Shown here in pieces: positions 12,774-21,388 of a stretch of 64,000 nucleotides of DNA. Location: contig MU004242.1 in NCBI GenBank assembly GCA_010405405.1, forward strand, positions 593,751 to 657,750, written 5' to 3'. Numbering within the stretch: the first letter of the stretch is position 1; every line of letters starts with the position of its first letter. The DNA is from Microthyrium microscopicum (lineage: Eukaryota). The notes beneath the pieces are model-generated. The model did no database searches. It was not told the DNA's origin and worked only from the letters and a program-made list of their open reading frames with translations. A program made the translations under genes and the position numbers.

Positions 12774-14627
12774 ATGTCGAATATCGCCGCTCCCCCGGTT
12801 CTATCACATAACCAATCTTCTTCTGAAACTACCAACGACACCTCTACAACAGATGTATCACCAGGCAACCACAACTTGCTTCTCGCACCGACTGATCCTT
12901 CAACTACCACCATGTCAACCTCTCATAGCTCGTCGACAGATACCCTCATTCCACGATCAGTTCCACAAGATCATACCATTTTAAAGTCTAATACCGAACC
13001 TCTACATGATGCTGCAGCGAAGTACCTCGAATCTCAACCATCAACGGAATCCCCAGGACGAACACCATCTCCTCCCGCAGCTCTCTCACCACCTTCATTT
13101 TCCTCTGATGGCTGCCCACAGCTGGACCTGTCCACATCCACCGAAGCTTCATCAGCCTCGTCCGCTCGATCAACAAGCTCTCGACTCTCCGATAGCGGTC
13201 TTTCTGTAAAGAAACGAGGCTACAGACGCCCACAAGCCACAACATTCGCACCAAGCGCAAAGAGTCGAGAAAGTGTAATGAGCCTAGGAAGCATAGCACA
13301 TCTACAATACTACTTTGCCCGGACAGGTCTCCTCGACGGCAAAGGCGGGCAACTTGCTCGGAAGAACCCAAATCTGCATAGAACACAGACAGAAGGTTCC
13401 CGCTCAGCGTCGCTCAATCTCCCCGGAACTCACGACGACCTATCTCTCTCGCCAACAGCAAGCAACTATGCCCTCTCAGAATCTGGCATGATGAGCGAAA
13501 GCCCTATCGACCAAACAGACGATCCAGAATGGGACCGCGAACTCGCCCTTCTCCCACCCACAGTTTCCACATATAATCATCGCCCTGCTTACGTTGAGCC
13601 ACCGCCCAATGTAACCATGTTGCGCCGCGAACTGACTGAAAGTCTCGAGGACGCGCTCAAAGTGCTCAAGGAGTCCGATAAGGCGGCCAAAGCAGACGAG
13701 ACGCAAGGTTTCTACGAGATCCAGGGCCTACACCTTCTTGACATCACGACTCTAGCAATCCGCGCGGCAAAGAACTACTATACGGCGCATAGCCAGTATC
13801 AGCGATTACATGCAATCAAGTCAGAGCGTGAAATTAGACAAGAATTATACCACGTACTCGAGATTCTTAAGCGCATGGCAAGCCGGAACTTTGCAGGCGG
13901 TATGAAACAGGCAGAAAAAGTTGGCATTCTCACATGGATTGTTGGAATCAGCGAACTTATCCAGACGGAAATCGACGCTGAAAAACAAGATACCGAGGAG
14001 CGCGAGAAGTGGTCATGGCGGAGCGGAGACTGGACTGGCCGGGAACGAGAGCGCGAACTCGCCTTCATAAGATGCTTCATCTCCGACCCGTCATCCCTCC
14101 CGGACTGGCCAGACCCCACAAACCTCACAGAGCCATCAGCATTCTTATCTCATTTCCAAGACGGTCTGGCCCTCGTCCACCTGCACAACTCATGTGTCCA
14201 AAAAAGCAAGCGCCATTTCGAAGAAATCAAAGTCTTCCACACCGATACAGCCAAGCCATATCGTTGTGCTGACAACCTACGGTATTGGGTCAAGGCTGCG
14301 GAGTTGAGATGGGATATCAGACTGAAGCTAGATGTCATGGGCGTCGCGCAGAACTCGACAGACATGGGTGCCTGGCTCCAGTTAGATGCGGCACTATTGC
14401 AATGGTGTAGGGGCGTGAGAGAGGAACTTACGGCAGAGTTGGTGGGTGGGAAAGATGGGAAGCGAACACCGCCGAGATTGAAGGTTGAGTCTGACACGTC
14501 CATCGTTGAGACACCGGTGGAAGTTGGCGCGGAAGTACCAGCGGACGAGAATGCGGTGCCAACGGAAGGTGGTGTAATGTCCATGGCCGTAGAAGCGAGC
14601 GTAACGAGCGTGGCGGGAGCAGTTTGA
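12774..14627 (+). CDS. Fungal hypothetical protein with probable C-terminal calponin-homology-like domain
   Basis: Long ORF (likely start MSNIAAP at 12774); conserved-looking SLGSIAHLQYYFARTGLLDGKG block; C-terminal FQDGLALVHLHN...PYRCADNLRYWVKAAE resembles the CH-domain DG..L..L.N...N pattern. Confidence 0.7.
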   Translation: MSNIAAPPVLSHNQSSSETTNDTSTTDVSPGNHNLLLAPTDPSTTTMSTSHSSSTDTLIPRSVPQDHTILKSNTEPLHDAAAKYLESQPSTESPGRTPSPPAALSPPSFSSDGCPQLDLSTSTEASSASSARSTSSRLSDSGLSVKKRGYRRPQATTFAPSAKSRESVMSLGSIAHLQYYFARTGLLDGKGGQLARKNPNLHRTQTEGSRSASLNLPGTHDDLSLSPTASNYALSESGMMSESPIDQTDDPEWDRELALLPPTVSTYNHRPAYVEPPPNVTMLRRELTESLEDALKVLKESDKAAKADETQGFYEIQGLHLLDITTLAIRAAKNYYTAHSQYQRLHAIKSEREIRQELYHVLEILKRMASRNFAGGMKQAEKVGILTWIVGISELIQTEIDAEKQDTEEREKWSWRSGDWTGRERERELAFIRCFISDPSSLPDWPDPTNLTEPSAFLSHFQDGLALVHLHNSCVQKSKRHFEEIKVFHTDTAKPYRCADNLRYWVKAAELRWDIRLKLDVMGVAQNSTDMGAWLQLDAALLQWCRGVREELTAELVGGKDGKRTPPRLKVESDTSIVETPVEVGAEVPADENAVPTEGGVMSMAVEASVTSVAGAV

Positions 14628-15068
14628 AGTATATCCCAGCAGCATAGCATGTTCATATTGTGCCTCATTGAGGCTTTTGCTTGTATATAGCGGGCCCTTT
14701 GTTTTGTTTATTTTGGGCACGCCTTGAAGCGGGAAGTTTTGGGCCGCAACGTTTACAGGTCTTGTTGTTATATATCCTCCCAGGGCAGTTAGATTGCCAC
14801 TGTGTTTCTTCTTTTCTATACAGATATGTAATGTCATATGCTGCGAGAAGGGTGGTGTGTTTTGTTATCATAATGTCGATTCAATCAATAGTAACCGCAA
14901 CCGAAAGAGTGTGAGTCGATGATAGTAAGTTAGATGAAGTAGTCGTATGCTAGTTCAAGGGTGGATGGCTGTTTGACATTTTATCTTCAAGAAATAATTA
15001 TAATTATCAAGTACAAAACGAATGTGCTACGTACATGCTTACTCTCCTATCTAATGCACTCTCTTGAT

Positions 15069-15785
15069 CTATCTCCTGTAGCTCTTGTTCTTGAGGCCAT
15101 AGTAGTCAGTCAAGTCCAAGTCATCATCATGTGGCAGAGTCGAAGCATGCGACTTATAATCAGTGTACAGCGCCCACGACTGTGAAGGATCTCCGCTCAT
15201 AAGACTCTTCTCCATCAAATAGTTCACCATCTCAACCTTGACCTGCTCAATCGCATCTCTGAGAATCGTCCGTTTCGGTTCCAACAAATCTCTGTGCGAC
15301 AGATGACGATTCAACGGTCGATTTAGCCAGTATTGATAGGATCCAGGTCCCTTCTTAACAGCAATAACAGCATCCAGTATCGACCCCTCGATGACGGAAA
15401 AGTGGCGTGCAAACTCGTCCAGTTTTGTGCGCCATCTCTCATCTTCTCGTAACTTTGCCATGGACCAGCCGGAGTACCCGATGAAGTTGTTGTAGGCGTT
15501 CCAGATCTCCGCTACGTAGTCGAGGTATGATATGAGTAGCATGACAAAGCCGGCTTCGATGTATAGTTGTTGTCCTCTTACTCTGCGCTCATATTCGTAG
15601 ATGAGCCTTGCTCGTTCTTCATCTTTGAGTAAGGGATTGATCATATCGTCGAACGCATGTTCTAACGCTTCTCTTTTGTCTTGTCGATTTCTTGCTGGGT
15701 TTATCTTTGTCAGGTTGACCAATTTGACGATGAAGGATTGAAAGTTTGCTTTCAGATAGTCGTGTAGTCTCGTTGTTGGGTCCAT
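15069..15785 (-). CDS. Orphan helical protein, paralog A of a local 3-member family
   Basis: 238-aa intronless ORF; shares IEAGF.M.LISYLDY and DYYG with 16500-17393, and VNL / HAF.D / WRTK with 19771-20748. Confidence 0.75.
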   Translation of the reverse strand: MDPTTRLHDYLKANFQSFIVKLVNLTKINPARNRQDKREALEHAFDDMINPLLKDEERARLIYEYERRVRGQQLYIEAGFVMLLISYLDYVAEIWNAYNNFIGYSGWSMAKLREDERWRTKLDEFARHFSVIEGSILDAVIAVKKGPGSYQYWLNRPLNRHLSHRDLLEPKRTILRDAIEQVKVEMVNYLMEKSLMSGDPSQSWALYTDYKSHASTLPHDDDLDLTDYYGLKNKSYRR

Positions 15786-16499
15786 GATCGGCTCCTGGAT
15801 TCTTGTTCTTGCTGGTCTGATTTCGAAGTTTGATATGTTGATGTTCTGGAAGCATTCTTGTGGTGCTTGTCTTCAGGTTGATCTCGTCTTGCTGATGGTA
15901 GAACTGCCAGAGTATCTTTGAAGTCTTGTTGCTTTGTGTTAATTGAAAGAGATGCAAGTTGTTGAAAGTGTCCAGCACTATTGATGGGAGAATGACGGTT
16001 TGAAAATGTTCTGTTGAAGACCGCCAGATTGACTCATTTTATGGACTCCAAAGCCAGTCCACTTCCGCTCCTGTTGATTCAAGTGAAGACCAGGTCAGTT
16101 CGGTGAAGTTGCCAGCGTTTGATATATTATTACCGTAATCCATCGCCCGGTTTGAACTTAAGCTGCGCTCTAGGTCGTTTGCTGTAGTTACTAGTGCTAT
16201 AAATCGGATTTCAAACGAAACCTAAAGGTTTTCGCTAACATGTCCTCAATTGAAGGTTGTTTGGAACTCGCGAACGAGTCCGATGGTACTCTAGGGGATA
16301 CCTGGGGAATTGGACATCTGATATGGCTGGCAGGTATAGGATTGATTTTGGCACTCCTCACTTGTGCATTTTCTGGTCGAAAAATTGAAACGATCAACTT
16401 GGTTAGAGCTATCAGTTGGTCGAAATAAATCAAGAAATCAAACAATACATGAAGCTTTCTCGCAAAATACTGTTGCTGGTAAAATAGCAAAACGCAATA

Positions 16500-17393
16500 C
16501 TAAGAACCACACACTTGATCTGGACCTGTCCGCTCTGCTTCCTTCAGTGTGTTTCCTGACCAGAAGCCATAGTAGTCTGATCGGACAATCTGTCCCAGCC
16601 TGTCCTTTGACCATTCCTTCAAAATTTCACGATAATCACTCTGCGCACGCCAGGCTTTTAACGAAACGTTCCTCTCAAAAGTATTCTTCACCATCAGATC
16701 GAATAGCGAGTACATGACTTCATCCAACGCTACCCAAAGCTCCTCCAACCGTGGGCGGTATTTTTGTTTCTTCTCGATTGTTTTGTTGCCTTCTCTTCGA
16801 AGCCACCATAGACGTGCTCCGTTGTTTTCCGTGCATTGTGCTACATTCAGAATTCGACTGTGTATCGCATAGAAGTGAGTGCCGAACAGCTCAATATCTC
16901 TGCCCCATTTGAATCCTTTGTTATGCAGAATTTCAAAGGTTGCTCCAACTTCGATGTAGTCAATGTATTGGGTTGCTAGCTCGTAGAAATAGTCCAAGTA
17001 TGATATCAGGATCATCATGAAGCCAGCTTCGATGTTCGACCTGCCGATTTCCACTGCCCGCAATTCTACTCTGGCTGCGCCGATGTCCCAGGGTTTGTGC
17101 TTCTTAGCTTCGCTTCTTGTCATCGCTGCAATTCGTGACTGGTGCGAGAGCTCTTCGTACTGTAGGATGAGACCGGTTCTGATATTGTCCTTCTGCAACG
17201 TTCTTCTCATGCTTTCGTATTCGCGCTGCAGCGCTTTGGTCTTCTGGAATGAGAGAGTCTCCCTGTCCCTGTTCATTGGAACAACTTCTGGGTCCAAAGC
17301 CGTCAACGTTGATATGTTCCTGATGAAAAGCATGAATTGCGTTTGTAGATGATCTTTCAGTTGCCGCTCAGCAACTTCAAGGCCTGAAGCCAT
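16500..17393 (-). CDS. Orphan helical protein, paralog B
   Basis: 297-aa intronless ORF; IEAGFMMILISYLDY, F..HF..I...IL and DYYG shared with paralog A. Confidence 0.75.
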   Translation of the reverse strand: MASGLEVAERQLKDHLQTQFMLFIRNISTLTALDPEVVPMNRDRETLSFQKTKALQREYESMRRTLQKDNIRTGLILQYEELSHQSRIAAMTRSEAKKHKPWDIGAARVELRAVEIGRSNIEAGFMMILISYLDYFYELATQYIDYIEVGATFEILHNKGFKWGRDIELFGTHFYAIHSRILNVAQCTENNGARLWWLRREGNKTIEKKQKYRPRLEELWVALDEVMYSLFDLMVKNTFERNVSLKAWRAQSDYREILKEWSKDRLGQIVRSDYYGFWSGNTLKEAERTGPDQVCGS

Positions 17394-17709
17394 CTTTGAT
17401 AGTGTCTAGCACTGTTAAGTATTGTGTTGCAAGGTGAGTTTCGTGTTTGTGATGTTGGTAACTCTTCTCCGAACCTGCTATTACGCTGTATTTTATAGGT
17501 CCTGCTTTTGCTCGTCTAAAGATGGGTTTCTCCTCTTAGTGAAGGTCCAGTCGTTTGGATTAACCACCGGCAGGCCCAGCCAACGGGTAGTCGTTACTAA
17601 ACCGTGGAGCAGGCGGTTTACAGAGCCGTTGTTTGCGGAACGCGCTACTAGTGATCATAGCAGTTGAAATGCCGGAAAACAGCTAGAGAGATCTGAAGTC
17701 ATTTTGAGG

Positions 17710-18994
17710 TTAACGGTGAGTAGTAGCGGTCATAAACCTCTCATACATGCTCAAGCAGCACTGTCCCTTACAGCTCCCATGGCCTGCACTGCACTTCCTC
17801 CATTGATTCTTAGGTTTATCAAGCCAATCCCGTCGCAGTTGACTAGGGGCGGTGGCTATCTCCTCAATATGCTCATCCGTAAAGATTTGTGCAAGCCATG
17901 ACGGATGAGTTGGATCGCCGACTATGTGAGACTTGATTTCTACTTCGAATGTATGCTTTGTGTCAGAATAGCAGATACGACGTAGCAAGTATTGTGTATT
18001 ACAGTCCTGGCTGGGACACTGTGACCACGCTCTTTCACCGACTCGATGTACAGAATCTCCATGGAGTCTCGAGTCTCCAAATGAAATGTAGTCGTCAAAC
18101 CACACTGCCTCTTCTCTCCTGTCCTGATGCTGGGAGGTTCTGGTGCCCGGGTTTTCTGCAATGTAGGCGTTGCCAATGAACATTCCCATGGATGCAGACC
18201 TCAAATGTGAACATATGATGATGTTCTTTCTTTGCATTGCGCCAATCAGAGTCGACGAACTCGTCAGGTCTTTGGAGTCTACGGTCAGCTGGTACCTCCG
18301 ATTCATGGTGATATGACTTCCGTGTCGATAGATTAGGCAAGGCCCTAACAAGCCTAATCTTAAGCTGTCTAGGTATCTCGGGTTGCCTTCTGACATAGCA
18401 AAGTGTGAGCGGTCACAATACAGCTTGGTGTCTCTTAATTCTCGAAGTCCACGCAAAAGACATTCGCCAGTAAACGAATAATGGTCACAAAGACTGATGG
18501 ATCCTTCCAATCCGATGCAAACCCGTTCTTTTGGTGACTTGACAACTGTTTTTGGGAAAAAATCTCCATATCGTGCGTCTTCCGGCAGCCAGAGCATCCA
18601 AATTGACGGCACATAGTGACTGTTGGAAAGGGCGCGAGTCTCCGGTGCTGAGCCGTCCCTGGGCACTGGTAGCTGGAAGTTAATTGCAGCTCATAGGTCG
18701 CTTGAAGATTGGTTTCGATATCCCTTCGATTAAGAAGCACAAATTGGATCATTTGCCATCTCCTCACCTGAGATGGCTCAATTTCCGGGGCGATTCCACT
18801 AGGAGCCAACAACAATCGAACTTTATGACATACTCTCTGGAACGCGAGACGACTGACTGGCGACAACTCGGTAGAGATGAGTAATATGAGTTCGGTAGGA
18901 AGTTTGTATGTAGCGCTGAACAAGAAGTTGTGCCTTTCCGCATTTTATGCAGACAGTAAAAGCTCTGAGTCAGGACGAACGCGTTTAGACTCAT
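17710..18994 (-). pseudogene. F-box protein with Cys/His-rich C-terminal region, disrupted by a 1-nt frameshift (pseudogene or sequence error)
   Basis: F-box YKLPTELILLISTELSPVSRLAFQRVCHKVR in ORF 18435-18923; CSGCRKTH..FSQKQL continues as KSPKERVCIGLEGSISLCDH in another frame (ORF 17710-18666), switch near 18541; no in-frame ATG directly upstream of the F-box. Confidence 0.7.
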
Positions 18995-19770
18995 GGAATT
19001 TGGAGTCTAGGGCCAGCTTCTGAAGTGTAAAGTTTGACTTGATGCAAGACTTCTCGTATTTCGGTCCAAAAATTCCGATGGAGTATACGTGATGGATGAA
19101 AAGAAGAGCAGAAGGTGACAGGTATGTGGCTATGTTTTCCGGAATCCAGCTATTTCACGAGTTCGGTTCGCGATAAACTGCTCCCAATCGTGTGCAGAAG
19201 GCATTCTTTAAGGCAGGTATCGAGTTCTTGAGATCTTGATCGTGCTATTGAGTGGTCAAACTGAAGGAAAGGTAGTCGGAGTGAGGGTGTGCATGCGATG
19301 GTGTCAAAATGCCTACGGCATAAGCGCTTGAGAAGATATGTCAGGCAAGTAGTAGTGTGGGTACCGGTCTCTGTAGGTATCTATATCTAGGTATATGTGG
19401 TCTTACTACGACCAACTATGAGGATACTAAAGGTCCGCGTACCAATAACCTCAACTGGTACCTAAAAGTACTGGAAGAACTCATTTACTTCGAGCTAATG
19501 CATAAGTCAATCATTCATGATTCAGCGTCTTATCTTGCCAACAGCGTGGCAAAACAACTGGCACGCTCCCACTAACTCTTTTGATCATGAGGTGCTATAC
19601 AGGCCATTCCATTTGTCAAAACATTAAGATATGAACTTCCTCTATGGCAGATAAAGCATTTGATACCCAGGTGAGACGCAGATTAGCCATCGTATAATTA
19701 GATTTCAATTACCACAACTAAACAATGATCGCTTTTCACGACGTCCAGCGCTATTCGCTAGAGGTTTAAG

Positions 19771-20748
19771 CTATCTAAGCTGCAACACTACTCTTCCACG
19801 TCGTCGTCGGGACAAACCACTTTCACCATGACCTTGCCAAGATTGTCTGAGACATGCGGTGTACCGGCGCAAGTCTTTCCTCCAATCTATCAACTCAGAG
19901 ATGTCCTCCCTTCGATTTTCCACCAACTCCTGGGCAAAGAGATTTCGATGACCAAGGAGCATCCTCCATGCATGACCGATTGTCTCACGCACAGGTATCT
20001 CTTCAAAATATTTCAGCGCGACTTCTGGAATGAAGTTGGATGTGTGTTGTCCATCCGTCATGGCCATAATCTCGTTCCAGAAAACGAAACTCCAAAGCTT
20101 GTAGTTTCCACATTTTGTTCGCCATGGTTCCTGTTGCTTGTTGAGGATTTCAGTTAGGCTGGAGCCTAGGACCGTATGATGGTTTCGATACCGCATTAGA
20201 GTAATGATGGACTCCATGGTAAGTGTCAAAATGAGAATAAAGCGCACCAGAGAGACCTCCGTCCTAGTATTCCGGGATTCCAAGTCTCCAATGAACTGAT
20301 AAGTAAAGCTAGGCTCCTTTTCAACGTCGGCTCGCAAATGGTCCACGATATCAGTATAGGCGTGCAAAAAGTATATGTTTTGGTCTTCTCGACTGCCGCG
20401 TGGGTATTCAACTCGCACAAGGTTCACGATTGAGTATGTGAAGCGCTCCATCTTTTCTTGGAAATCCCGTTCCAGTCTTTTCTCAGCCTCGATGTAAGAG
20501 TGAATCGCTTGTGGCTGCCATTTGCTGCGTATGTAATTGGGTGGTGTGAAGTTTGGGTCTGTTCCAAGAAGTTTGTATCTGTATGCTTTTTGTGAGTGTC
20601 CTTGTCTCCTGCTTGCGGATTGTCGTCGCTCCTCAAAACCACGCGCATCATTGGGTACAACACCCGGTTGAGCTTCTAGATAGCGAATTGCCCAAGTGCT
20701 CCAGCCTTCGAGTTCTTCCGGTGCAAGCAAGCGGTCTTCGTCAGACAT
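19771..20748 (-). CDS. Orphan helical protein, paralog C (more divergent, N-terminal extension)
   Basis: Likely start MSDEDR at 20748; RLERDFQ..F...IVNL...SREDQ...HAYTDIVDHL..D.E and GSSL...WRTK align by eye with paralog A RLHDYL..F...LVNL...NRQDK...HAFDDMINPL..DEE and GWSM...WRTK. Confidence 0.65.
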   Translation of the reverse strand: MSDEDRLLAPEELEGWSTWAIRYLEAQPGVVPNDARGFEERRQSASRRQGHSQKAYRYKLLGTDPNFTPPNYIRSKWQPQAIHSYIEAEKRLERDFQEKMERFTYSIVNLVRVEYPRGSREDQNIYFLHAYTDIVDHLRADVEKEPSFTYQFIGDLESRNTRTEVSLVRFILILTLTMESIITLMRYRNHHTVLGSSLTEILNKQQEPWRTKCGNYKLWSFVFWNEIMAMTDGQHTSNFIPEVALKYFEEIPVRETIGHAWRMLLGHRNLFAQELVENRREDISELIDWRKDLRRYTACLRQSWQGHGESGLSRRRRGRVVLQLR

Positions 20749-21388
20749 GATGAGATGTGACCAGCACTGTATAATTGCAATGTATAAACTTTCTTGATTT
20801 CTTGAGGGCCACATAATTAGCATTGCTATATATAGTATCATCTCGTTTGGTGCTCCATTCTGATTGAAAAGCAATCGTGGGTCTGTTGGAAGCAGTCGTC
20901 ACGCAGTCGTCAGGAAACTGCCACGCCGTGATTGAGTGGAACAAATCCTATCGTTATAGGAGTGATAGCTACACGACTGGCAAACAGACATATCAGCCCC
21001 ATCACTATCATCACCAGAAATTGCCTGATGGTGCGAAAAAGGCCAGCGGAACGGGTGGACAACAAGATGGTCAAGCGAATGTCTCCATCGCAAGCAAGCC
21101 GAAGTGTCCATATATGACAGTAGGACAAGGGGGAGAGACGACAGCATGAGCCATGGAAAACTAGGCTCCCGGTTTGTTTCTTGAGCTATTGAATAAAATT
21201 AGCTATGTGAATTAGAATGAAAGAATACAGCTGTAGTCGCACCAGCAGTCCAACCTGGGTCATCATTTTGCGAATATTTCTCGAGCCCACGGCCTGCCAG
21301 CGAATGTCGTCGATATGCAGTACTCTACTTCATCAGGAAACAAGCGTCGCTCTAGGTGCCCTTGTTCAGGTGGTTGCAGCAACTCTAG

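Noticed and set aside
16145..16170. CCCGGTTTGAACTTAAGC resembling the 5' end of 28S rRNA (CCCGCTGAACTTAAGC)
   Set aside because: Short imperfect match with no flanking rRNA similarity
18530..18570. Programmed -1 ribosomal frameshift in the F-box gene
   Set aside because: No canonical X XXY YYZ heptamer in frame 0; mutation or sequencing error is simpler
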